Positions 18,054 to 26,231 of a DNA stretch of 64,000 nt are shown here, piece by piece. This stretch comes from a virus (taxonomy: Duplodnaviria; Caudoviricetes). The stretch spans positions 1-64,000 of the IMG/VR virus record IMGVR_UViG_3300028549_000365; one strand, written 5' to 3'. Made by a program: the position numbers and the translations under genes. Within the stretch, counting starts at the first letter, position 1. Every line of letters begins with the position of its first letter. The notes under the pieces are model-generated. The model was not told the DNA's origin, made no database searches, and saw nothing but the letters and a program-made list of their open reading frames with translations.

Positions 18054-18179
18054 ATGGATGATCTTGATTTAAACGATCCTACCATAATTGGTGTTCCAGG
18101 TGTAGGTGAAACAATATATTTGATAATATCGTCATTATGTATTGGGTCGTTAGGTTTTTATGTGTTTTCTATATACTAA
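18054..18179 (+). CDS. small membrane protein (41 aa)
   Basis: AAGGGG RBS before the ATG at 18054; C-terminal hydrophobic helix. Confidence 0.55.
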   Translation: MDDLDLNDPTIIGVPGVGETIYLIISSLCIGSLGFYVFSIY

Positions 18180-18208
18180 ACTTAATATATTATAATAAGG
18201 AGACGGAA

Positions 18209-19462
18209 ATGTCTAAGAAAGAATTTGACGAAACTGAAGCTATGAATGAATGGCTTAAAATGAATACAGTTACTAAGTTACTACCTTCATTTGGTGTAGG
18301 TATTAGTGTGTTTGAAGATTATGAAGACGATTGTTCTGATATAGTTAATGGTGTGTATGCTAAACCGTCAGAAGCGTGTTACAAGTTGTCTAAAAAAGAA
18401 AGAAGTGAAAATAAAGCTAACTCGTTAGCTAAACGATTAGCGGAACGAACTTTAATAAAAGCAAATGGTCCAGTGTGTAAATGTTCAAATTGTGGTGTTG
18501 AATTCAAGTCTACAATTAAATACACACCTAGCGGTAAACCTATTATTCAAACACAATGTATCGATTGTGTTACTTATAAAGGTAAGTTTAAAAGTGTTGT
18601 AGCTAATGTAGGTTGGACTGAGTTTAGAAACATTAACAAAGATTTAGATAGAGATAACCTTCCTAACAATCACGATATTATTAATATGGAGTTAAACAAG
18701 TTAGAAGCTTATATAACTAAATATGAATACTATAATCGAGTATTTGATGGTAAAAAACCTATTGTTATAAAAACACTTGATAAACTTAAATCACAAAAAG
18801 AAAACGCAGTAGTGAGAGAAATAGCCGCTAAGAAGTTTATTAAAGATAAAGCACTTAAACAAGCATATGAACACATGGATGTTGAAGTAGTTAGTGTTAA
18901 CAGTGTAAACTTTTCTAATAGTAACTTGGTTCCAGACGAGAACGGGTATTTCGATGTTGTATTGGGTGTATTCAATAATCCATATGAAACATCTAATAAC
19001 CTAAGAATAGGTTATAGAGAGTTGCAAGTTGTAGTTAATAACAAATATAGTCCAACTGGTGTAGTTAAACTAGTTAGTAAACATCCAGATTTTTCTGTGG
19101 AAGGTATAACTACTGACGAGCTAGATTGGGGTATTAGAAACTGTAGAGCTGAGTATAGAATGTATCTAGAAATAAAAGAACCTACAGTAGTACCGTTAGA
19201 CGAAGTTAAGAGATATAGCTTTGATTCAAAGTTATATCCAACTATGGCTTTAACAGCTAAGGTTAAAGCAGTTGGGTATTTAAAAGATGCTATAACGGAA
19301 CAGTTAACTGGAAATGGATATGTTTTTAATATGGATGTTAGTATCGATACGTCTCCATATAAAACTGATAGTAGATGTGTAATTAGCAAAATAGTGCCTA
19401 CTGAGTATAGTGATAGATTTAAAATCAGAAACATAAACAAAATAGAATTAGAGGAAAGATAA
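18209..19462 (+). CDS. Zn-finger-containing hypothetical protein
   Basis: AAGGAG RBS before the ATG at 18209; CSNC...CIDC motif. Confidence 0.75.
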   Translation: MSKKEFDETEAMNEWLKMNTVTKLLPSFGVGISVFEDYEDDCSDIVNGVYAKPSEACYKLSKKERSENKANSLAKRLAERTLIKANGPVCKCSNCGVEFKSTIKYTPSGKPIIQTQCIDCVTYKGKFKSVVANVGWTEFRNINKDLDRDNLPNNHDIINMELNKLEAYITKYEYYNRVFDGKKPIVIKTLDKLKSQKENAVVREIAAKKFIKDKALKQAYEHMDVEVVSVNSVNFSNSNLVPDENGYFDVVLGVFNNPYETSNNLRIGYRELQVVVNNKYSPTGVVKLVSKHPDFSVEGITTDELDWGIRNCRAEYRMYLEIKEPTVVPLDEVKRYSFDSKLYPTMALTAKVKAVGYLKDAITEQLTGNGYVFNMDVSIDTSPYKTDSRCVISKIVPTEYSDRFKIRNINKIELEER

Positions 19463-19463
19463 T

Positions 19464-19604
19464 ATGAAGCACAAGAAAACAGAAGAGGAAATGATAGCTG
19501 AATGGAAAGCTAAAAATGACGCTACAATTATTAAACCAGTTTATTGTTCTGGAGATAGTTTTGAACTAGACGTCGGAGATTGTTACACTAAAAGTGAAGC
19601 GTAA
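19464..19604 (+). CDS. small hypothetical protein (46 aa, absent from the ORF track)
   Basis: MKHKKTEEEMIAEWKAKNDA...; GAGGA RBS; fills the gap between neighbours. Confidence 0.55.
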   Translation: MKHKKTEEEMIAEWKAKNDATIIKPVYCSGDSFELDVGDCYTKSEA

Positions 19605-19863
19605 AAAAGATGCTAAAATGTTCAGATGGTGTATACATAAAGTAGCACATGAATGTAAAGTATGGGCATATAATAAACACTCTCTTATTTTAAGCTCGGA
19701 ATTATTGTTTATTAAGGGTAAAGAAAATTGTTTTGTGTTTGTAAAGGATGAGAAAAAAGGACATGATGAAATATATAGAATATTCCCGTACGGTCACCCT
19801 GATATAGGTGAAGCTGAAGGTATTTTATGGGCGACGCAACGGATATATGTAAGTAAAAAATAA
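19594..19863 (+). CDS. hypothetical protein
   Basis: Packed co-directional ORF; start uncertain. Confidence 0.6.
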   Translation: MKRKKDAKMFRWCIHKVAHECKVWAYNKHSLILSSELLFIKGKENCFVFVKDEKKGHDEIYRIFPYGHPDIGEAEGILWATQRIYVSKK

Positions 19864-19878
19864 AATTAAGGAGTTGTC

Positions 19879-20274
19879 ATGAGTGATAATATAGGCATAG
19901 ACGAACCGTCTAAAAAAATAATAGTAAGTAATACACATTTAGGTAACGTATTTAATTATGGATATGTATTAAACGGCTGTGTTACTTATACTGGAGCTGG
20001 TACTAAAGATATGGCACGTCAGTCATGTTTAAGATCTATACAATCTACAGTTAAACTATCATTGTATGGTGATATTGACAAAAAGTTAAAGTCTTTGAAT
20101 AAAGAACTTATGTTAGTAGAGAATTTAAGAGAAAAAGTACCTGATTTAGAAAGATTGCTACAATCTTTAAAAGACTTATCAAATGAGATAAGTGAAATAG
20201 TAAATCAAGACATTAGTATGGTGGAGAAAATACCTACAGATTATGTTGATATTGTATGTGACAATAAGAGTTGA
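19879..20274 (+). CDS. hypothetical coiled-coil protein
   Basis: AAGGAG RBS. Confidence 0.7.
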   Translation: MSDNIGIDEPSKKIIVSNTHLGNVFNYGYVLNGCVTYTGAGTKDMARQSCLRSIQSTVKLSLYGDIDKKLKSLNKELMLVENLREKVPDLERLLQSLKDLSNEISEIVNQDISMVEKIPTDYVDIVCDNKS

Positions 20275-20284
20275 AAGGACAAAA

Positions 20285-20764
20285 ATGAAAAAAGAATTAT
20301 TAGTGTATTTACAAAATGAAGTGGATAAATGCAAAAAACAAATAGAGGAAGTCGTATCAGGAACATCAATAGCTACAGCTTTTGGTGTTATTCGCAAAGG
20401 GATTAAGTCCATTGAACAAAGTAGACTGGAAGCTCAGCTTATATGTCTTAAAAAGACAATAAACTTCATAAACAGTATAGATGTTGACAACACACATTTA
20501 TTAAAAAATGGTAAATCATATCCTGTGCTTACTACACCTGGAACTAATACACCTATTATTAGTATAGAAGATAAACTCTATATCGTAGAGTTAGACTTTG
20601 TTAAACTTGGTTTAGACTGTGATGGTGACACTGTGTATACATTTGTTACAAGTTTCTCGCCAATAGGCTTTAACGATACTAATGTGACGTTTGCTTGTAG
20701 ATTACCCATGCACACTGGGCGTGGTTTTGCACCTATTAAAGTATTGGGTTTATACAATGACTGA
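20285..20764 (+). CDS. hypothetical protein
   Basis: AAGGA RBS before the ATG at 20285. Confidence 0.7.
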   Translation: MKKELLVYLQNEVDKCKKQIEEVVSGTSIATAFGVIRKGIKSIEQSRLEAQLICLKKTINFINSIDVDNTHLLKNGKSYPVLTTPGTNTPIISIEDKLYIVELDFVKLGLDCDGDTVYTFVTSFSPIGFNDTNVTFACRLPMHTGRGFAPIKVLGLYND

Positions 20765-21011
20765 TTATATAGGAACGTTAGCAGCGTTCCTTACAACGAT
20801 AGCTGCTTTACCGCAAGTCATAAAGATACATAAAGAAAAGAAAGTACATGGACTTTCAATTCTTTATTATTTTTTATTGTTAACAGGTATCGTGTTGTGG
20901 TTAATTTACGGTATACTTATAGAATCTAACCCGTTGATATTCGCTAACATTTTTAGCGTAGTTATGATAGGTAGTATTTTATACGGGATAAAAAAGTACA
21001 GACATGTTTAA
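20757..21011 (+). CDS. SemiSWEET / PQ-loop sugar transporter
   Basis: MTDYIGTLAAFLTTIAALPQVIKIHK...GLS...GIVLWLIYGILI...PLIFAN: three TM helices with the PQ motif and conserved W and N; start at 20757 overlaps the upstream stop. Confidence 0.9.
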   Translation: MTDYIGTLAAFLTTIAALPQVIKIHKEKKVHGLSILYYFLLLTGIVLWLIYGILIESNPLIFANIFSVVMIGSILYGIKKYRHV

Positions 21012-21294
21012 CTGGTCTCAACTTGAAAATCTTAATATAAATAGATTAGTGCCGTTTTATTTAATGTCGTGTTTTCTGTATTATGAACTAGATGTAAATG
21101 TGTTGTCAGATAACGATTATAACATGGTGTGTAAAAGACTTTATAATGAATTTGACTCAATAACTCATATGCATAAGTACATGTTAGATAAAGACTCCCT
21201 AAAGGCGTCTACGGCGTTAGGAATAAAGTATACTGATATGATTAAAAAAGCTAGTGAAATATGGTATAAAGAGTATTTAAAATATACTAATTAG
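21004..21294 (+). CDS. stand-alone protein resembling the N-terminal (Ia) domain of NAD-dependent DNA ligase
   Basis: FLYYELDVNVLSDNDYNMVCKRL resembles YYxxDxPxxSDxEYDxLxxxL. Confidence 0.6.
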   Translation: MFNWSQLENLNINRLVPFYLMSCFLYYELDVNVLSDNDYNMVCKRLYNEFDSITHMHKYMLDKDSLKASTALGIKYTDMIKKASEIWYKEYLKYTN

Positions 21295-21300
21295 AATGTT

Positions 21301-21335
21301 ATATATGTTTATACCGATATGGTATAAACATATAT
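21301..21335 (+). terminator. hairpin whose 3' arm overlaps the next promoter motif
   Basis: ATATATGTTTATACC-gatat-GGTATAAACATATAT, 15-bp stem. Confidence 0.7.
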
Positions 21336-21346
21336 TATTAATATAG
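21329..21346 (+). promoter_or_regulatory. putative phage early promoter
   Basis: CATATATTATTAATATAG, identical to 9224. Confidence 0.7.
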
Positions 21347-21389
21347 AGTGTGTCTAGTTACACATTACTATGCAACTAAAGGATAACAA

Positions 21390-21677
21390 ATGGTTATTAT
21401 TAACTACGAGCCTGGTGATATAGTCAGTAAGGTTTTATTAGGTGTCATTGAGAAAGATGATAAAACATACGCAGTGTATGAATTAGAAATAGCTGTTAGG
21501 GATGAAGATGGTGTTGAGGTTGCTGTTAATAAATTAACTACACATGAGTTATTGGTAGTTACTTACAATAACGATATAAATGTGTGGTCTAGTCTTAAAA
21601 TGGTTAAACACACACAAAGAGTAGCAGTAGAATTATTGCGGACACATGGGTTTGTTAGAGAAATAAAAAGGAGTTAA
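21390..21677 (+). CDS. hypothetical protein
   Basis: First ORF after the promoter, AAGGA RBS. Confidence 0.75.
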   Translation: MVIINYEPGDIVSKVLLGVIEKDDKTYAVYELEIAVRDEDGVEVAVNKLTTHELLVVTYNNDINVWSSLKMVKHTQRVAVELLRTHGFVREIKRS

Positions 21678-21678
21678 G

Positions 21679-22191
21679 ATGAATATGTTATTGTGTGTTT
21701 CTGGTAATAGACAATCAGGAAAAACAACAAAATTGATAAGAGAGTTTAAAAAATGTTTGAGTTACATACGAAGAGTAGTTAATCCTGAAACAGAATACGG
21801 GTTAAGATGTCACTACATCATGTTTGTTCCATATGCTGCTGATAGTGAAATAGTATCTAAATTTATAGAAACAAACGGGTTAAAGGATTTAGGTAACTCA
21901 ACTGTGAGTCACTGTGGAGACTTTGTAGATGTTATAAATAAAGTGAAAGAGGTAGCTTCAATAAGTAACTGTAACATTTTTATAGATAGGTGTATACCAC
22001 TTTATGGTGTTGACGTAAATAACGCATTCCAAACAATGCTAGACGAGTTTAACAATAGTTCACCACGTTTTCGTGTTGAGATTATGTACACTAGATTAAT
22101 ACCTAACAACAGCAAGGTAGAACAAACTAGTTTAGACACAGAACCGGTTAACCAAATATGTAACGATACTGTCGATGAAGAGGAGAAATAA
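21679..22191 (+). CDS. small P-loop-containing protein
   Basis: LLCVSGNRQSGKTT Walker A at the N-terminus. Confidence 0.6.
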   Translation: MNMLLCVSGNRQSGKTTKLIREFKKCLSYIRRVVNPETEYGLRCHYIMFVPYAADSEIVSKFIETNGLKDLGNSTVSHCGDFVDVINKVKEVASISNCNIFIDRCIPLYGVDVNNAFQTMLDEFNNSSPRFRVEIMYTRLIPNNSKVEQTSLDTEPVNQICNDTVDEEEK

Positions 22192-22192
22192 A

Positions 22193-22531
22193 ATGTTTGA
22201 TTATAAAAACGAAGATGTACAGTTTGAGGCTGACAGGTTATACGATAGATTAACTTTATTAGAAGTTAAAGTTAAAAATTACTTACAGTATAAAAAAGAT
22301 GTTGAATTAACTTTTAAGTTAAGAGACAATGTAATTGATTTAGAGGAGCAAATAAATAAAATGAAACACATTTTAGAATCAGGTCTTTATATTAAAGGAT
22401 GGTATCAAGATAAGAATTTGTTCACAGTGTTAGATCATTTAGAAAGATTCTATAAACTTGTAGCTGAAGACTGTGATAGATTTTACCATGTTTATGAATA
22501 CATTATAAACAACTGGACAGAGGCAAGATAG
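22193..22531 (+). CDS. hypothetical protein
   Basis: AGGAG RBS before the ATG at 22193. Confidence 0.7.
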   Translation: MFDYKNEDVQFEADRLYDRLTLLEVKVKNYLQYKKDVELTFKLRDNVIDLEEQINKMKHILESGLYIKGWYQDKNLFTVLDHLERFYKLVAEDCDRFYHVYEYIINNWTEAR

Positions 22532-23161
22532 ATGGAAACTATATATTCTAAAAACTCTGTATTAAATTATAGTGAATCTTTAAACAAGTATACACTATGT
22601 ATATTGGATAGAATGGATTACGTAGACAAAGATGAAGGTATGCTAAAAATACTAAATGAGTTAATAGTAAATTCATGCTGTACTAGTAAGTTAGATATAA
22701 TATTAAGTTCGGAAGGTGGTAGTGTATATTTAGCAACTACGTTTTTTAACATACTTAAAAAATATGATGTTAATGTAGAAGTTATAACTATGTGTTGCTC
22801 TTCAGCTGCTGCGTTTATATCAATAGCTAAAGATAAAACAACTATGCATGAAGGTACATATATATTACTGCATCAAGGTAAAAGATATCCTTCTAAAATT
22901 TCTCACCAAGATTTTAAACTTAGTGTTGATGAATGGGTGATAGATAATGAGATACTATTCTTAAACTACTTTAGACCATTTCTAACTGAAGACGAGCTGT
23001 TAAAATTTGATTCAGGGTTAGATGTTGTTATATACGCTGATGATGCTTTTACAAGAGGTATTATAGGAAACTATGTAGATAAAAAAGGTGTTAAAAAAAC
23101 ACTAGCACAAATTCTTAGGATGGATACTGGTCCAGACGGAAGCTTAGTTAGAAAAGGATAA
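22532..23161 (+). CDS. ClpP/crotonase-like serine protease subunit
   Basis: IILSSEGGSVY...TMCCSSAAAFI...ILLHQG matches ClpP INSPGGSV...ASxA...MIHQP. Confidence 0.8.
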   Translation: METIYSKNSVLNYSESLNKYTLCILDRMDYVDKDEGMLKILNELIVNSCCTSKLDIILSSEGGSVYLATTFFNILKKYDVNVEVITMCCSSAAAFISIAKDKTTMHEGTYILLHQGKRYPSKISHQDFKLSVDEWVIDNEILFLNYFRPFLTEDELLKFDSGLDVVIYADDAFTRGIIGNYVDKKGVKKTLAQILRMDTGPDGSLVRKG

Positions 23162-23164
23162 AAA

Positions 23165-23320
23165 ATGAACGAAGGTTTTGATATAAAAACTCCGGTTAGT
23201 CATGTAGCTACTATTGTTATTATAGTTATACTAATAGCTGCTGGTATTTTAGTAGAATTAGGTAACATTGACTTAAGTAGTCACAATAAACAAGTTATAG
23301 AAAGGAATACGAATGAGTAA
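23165..23320 (+). CDS. small membrane protein (51 aa, absent from the ORF track)
   Basis: MNEGFDIKTPVSHVATIVIIVILIAAGILVELG...; AAGGA RBS. Confidence 0.6.
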   Translation: MNEGFDIKTPVSHVATIVIIVILIAAGILVELGNIDLSSHNKQVIERNTNE

Positions 23321-23534
23321 GATTTTTGAGACTATATTCTCTAAGAAAGATAAAGAGATTGATTTAGTTATAACTGCTAGTTCGGCTACTATAAAAACTG
23401 GACCAGATGGTAACGTGGTTGTTGTGCTAACTAATACTAAGAAAGTAGAAGTCTCGCGTTTAATGGATATGTTAGATTCATGTCCGAGTGCGTACGAGAT
23501 GATCGACTATCTTAAAATAAAATACAAAGGATAG
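23313..23534 (+). CDS. hypothetical protein
   Basis: AAGGA RBS, overlap coupling. Confidence 0.7.
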   Translation: MSKIFETIFSKKDKEIDLVITASSATIKTGPDGNVVVVLTNTKKVEVSRLMDMLDSCPSAYEMIDYLKIKYKG

Positions 23535-23535
23535 T

Positions 23536-24117
23536 TTGATGGATATATTAAAGTTTGAATACGAAGACAGAGTTCTTCTCGTAGAACATTTTCAAATGGA
23601 AAGAGAACGATTATGTACTTATTGCTGTACAGTTAAACGTAAGTTGAAACAACGTGTTTTTTTAGATAATGAGATATCTGTTTATATACCACCACATAAA
23701 AATGCTGAGCCAAGATGTTGGAATATACTTGGAACAATACTTGTTATTTTGGACAAAGATAATAATGTTAAGTATGTTAACAACACATATCATCTTCTCT
23801 TGACACAATTATTACCAACGTTTAGAGAGTTGTATCTTAAGAAATTTAATACAGAGTTACCTTTAAGTATTAATGCAGCTGAAGTAGAAATGACTAAATA
23901 TGGATTTACTTATAATTGTGATGTAACAGATGGTAATGGTAATTATGCTACGTTAAGACAATTATTACCGTACGGTGACGGATTCATACCAGAGTATGTA
24001 GACATTAGTTTTTATAATAATATCGATACGTTTGATTTTAATCAAATACCTTATCAAAATATGAAAGTAACAACTCATGTTTGGAAAGATAAAAAGAATA
24101 AGGATAGTCAATGTTAG
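23536..24117 (+). CDS. hypothetical protein
   Basis: Packed run; start probably the ATG at 23539. Confidence 0.7.
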   Translation: MMDILKFEYEDRVLLVEHFQMERERLCTYCCTVKRKLKQRVFLDNEISVYIPPHKNAEPRCWNILGTILVILDKDNNVKYVNNTYHLLLTQLLPTFRELYLKKFNTELPLSINAAEVEMTKYGFTYNCDVTDGNGNYATLRQLLPYGDGFIPEYVDISFYNNIDTFDFNQIPYQNMKVTTHVWKDKKNKDSQC

Positions 24118-24392
24118 AAGAAAAAGAAGTACAAAAATACATATCTGTTACGCCAAGATACTATAGATACGGTGGCGGGTTTACTAAATTAAATATGTGT
24201 GTTAGTTGCAAGCGTATTGGGTTAAAAGAAGATATGCATGAAATTGACGCATGTGTTGAATGCGGAGGTGAAGTACGTGCCGAAGCATTAGTTGGGTATT
24301 GGGTTAAACCGCGTATTGTTGTTGATAAAAGATTGTTCGGAATTCCAATTACTTTTAAAAAATTACCTGGATATTGGGAACTTAAAGAATAA
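24111..24392 (+). CDS. Zn-ribbon protein
   Basis: CVSC...CVEC motif. Confidence 0.7.
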   Translation: MLEEKEVQKYISVTPRYYRYGGGFTKLNMCVSCKRIGLKEDMHEIDACVECGGEVRAEALVGYWVKPRIVVDKRLFGIPITFKKLPGYWELKE

Positions 24393-24414
24393 ATATAAGA
24401 AGGAGAAAGAATAA

Positions 24415-25269
24415 ATGAATAAAATAAATAGTTTTAATGTCGCTATCAGTACACCAACAGGAGTTCCAGTTGGGTCTAGAGATATAGTTAAATACAATAA
24501 GATGGTAGAAATCTTAGAACACAATCATGAGTTAGCAAAAACATGGTTGAACCCAGAATTACCTTGGGTATTTACGTTTCTAATTAATCGAGCTTCTTTT
24601 AAAGGTTTGGATATTAACATAGCAATAACGTTTGGAGATTTAAAGATGTTACTGTCGCCTATCAGTTGTGTTATAGAAATAAACACAAATATGTACGGTT
24701 ATATTAAATTAGCGTTAAACAAAGACGATGAAGAGTTATCTATTGGAAAATTAGCGGAGAGGCTACTTACTGACAAAACTCTAGTTAATATATTTAGTAG
24801 GTACAATATATTTAAAGATGTGAAAGCGTGTTTTAAACCTGTGGAATATATACCAGTTAAAGAAAATGAGTATTTAGATAAACTTCCTGAAGATTTGAAA
24901 TTAGAAGTTGTTGAATATCATCTATTAGAATCGTACAGTATATGTTTAATACATGTATTGTTAGATGGGATAACAATAACTCTACCTATTGAAAAATACC
25001 AAAAGTTTTATGGTAGTATAAAATGGGACAGTATTTTTGGTACAAATTACACAAACGAAGAAAAAGAAAGGATTATTAAAGAAGTTTATAATAAATACAA
25101 AGGTATACTTATAAACGAAGACGAATTTATAAACGATTTTGAGCTTCTAATAAAAGATAACCCAGATAGCTATTCGTATTACCGTGACAAATATACTGAT
25201 AAAGTAGAACAGATAGTAAATGGTGGTTCATGGTTGAATCTACGAGATATGTTAAAGATAAAACATTAA
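24415..25269 (+). CDS. hypothetical protein
   Basis: AAGGAG RBS; no motif. Confidence 0.75.
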   Translation: MNKINSFNVAISTPTGVPVGSRDIVKYNKMVEILEHNHELAKTWLNPELPWVFTFLINRASFKGLDINIAITFGDLKMLLSPISCVIEINTNMYGYIKLALNKDDEELSIGKLAERLLTDKTLVNIFSRYNIFKDVKACFKPVEYIPVKENEYLDKLPEDLKLEVVEYHLLESYSICLIHVLLDGITITLPIEKYQKFYGSIKWDSIFGTNYTNEEKERIIKEVYNKYKGILINEDEFINDFELLIKDNPDSYSYYRDKYTDKVEQIVNGGSWLNLRDMLKIKH

Positions 25270-25277
25270 AAAAGAGT

Positions 25278-25311
25278 TATATAACTATAAGCACATGCTT
25301 ATAGTTATATA
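25278..25311 (+). terminator. hairpin terminator
   Basis: TATATAACTATAAGC-acat-GCTTATAGTTATATA, 15-bp stem. Confidence 0.75.
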
Positions 25312-25336
25312 TGTATTGTGTCCATTTTGTAACGGA

Positions 25337-25354
25337 CACATATTATTAATATAG
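25337..25354 (+). promoter_or_regulatory. putative phage early promoter
   Basis: CACATATTATTAATATAG, one mismatch to the 9224 and 21329 copies. Confidence 0.65.
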
Positions 25355-25404
25355 AGTGTGGTATTAGCTAAATACACTACTGTAAAAAAATAAAGGAGAC
25401 GGAA

Positions 25405-25653
25405 ATGTCTGTAGATTTAAGAGATGAAAAACTAAGTAAGTTTAAAAGAGTAAATGGTTATGTTGAAGTGCATATAGTTAAAGATATGATACCAGCTAAC
25501 CCTGGTATTATAGTTATACACGCAGACAGTGGTGTTATGATTCAAACTAAATTAGTTTGTATATTAGAAGAAACTTTTTTAAAGAATGTAACAGTTTGTT
25601 ATAAAGGTATAGCTACATTACCTGAATCACTATTAAAGGAGATAGAATGTTAG
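25405..25653 (+). CDS. hypothetical protein
   Basis: Leader AAGGAGACGGAAATGTCT identical to that of the gene starting at 18209. Confidence 0.75.
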   Translation: MSVDLRDEKLSKFKRVNGYVEVHIVKDMIPANPGIIVIHADSGVMIQTKLVCILEETFLKNVTVCYKGIATLPESLLKEIEC

Positions 25654-26171
25654 TATCAGTATTAAAAATGGAAGGTGATAATTTAGAAGAAAGATTATTA
25701 TATTCAATACCACAAGCAAAAGTTGTTCGTGTTAAAGATAACGTAGATAGACTATTAGTAGAGACGGAGTTAGAATCATTGTTCTCGTTCCAGTTAGCTA
25801 TTTTTAGACACTATCATCCTCACACAGCTATAATAAGTATTCTAGACAATCAGTTTAAAGAAACTTACGATAGTATGTATGTTGTGGATAAAAACAAAGA
25901 TGATAAATTGGTGATTGACGGAGAGACTTTTACAGGTGAGTGCTATATTACTTATGATAAAACAGGTGCAACAATATGGGCAAACAAACCGTCTCTTAAA
26001 GACGATAGATATGTTGGTGATGGTAGTCCTGATTTTTATCCAAGCACTATGTCGACATATCATGATGGTGCTACGATGCCTGTGTTAACTGGAGCTGGTG
26101 GTACAGATAAACCACTTATGGTTGATTTAAAAGGTATCTATAAATTAACAATGAGAAATATTAAGGAGTAG
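25647..26171 (+). CDS. hypothetical protein
   Basis: AAGGAG RBS, overlap coupling. Confidence 0.75.
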   Translation: MLVSVLKMEGDNLEERLLYSIPQAKVVRVKDNVDRLLVETELESLFSFQLAIFRHYHPHTAIISILDNQFKETYDSMYVVDKNKDDKLVIDGETFTGECYITYDKTGATIWANKPSLKDDRYVGDGSPDFYPSTMSTYHDGATMPVLTGAGGTDKPLMVDLKGIYKLTMRNIKE

Positions 26172-26231
26172 ATAAAATGAGTAAAGCTATAGTAAAAATA
26201 AATGACACTAAAATATGTTTAAGTAGAAAAC

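Noticed and set aside
22532-23161. Prohead protease call for the ClpP-like gene
   Set aside because: It sits in the early region away from head genes, and the S-x-E sites in the capsid point to a phiKZ-type head protease encoded elsewhere.
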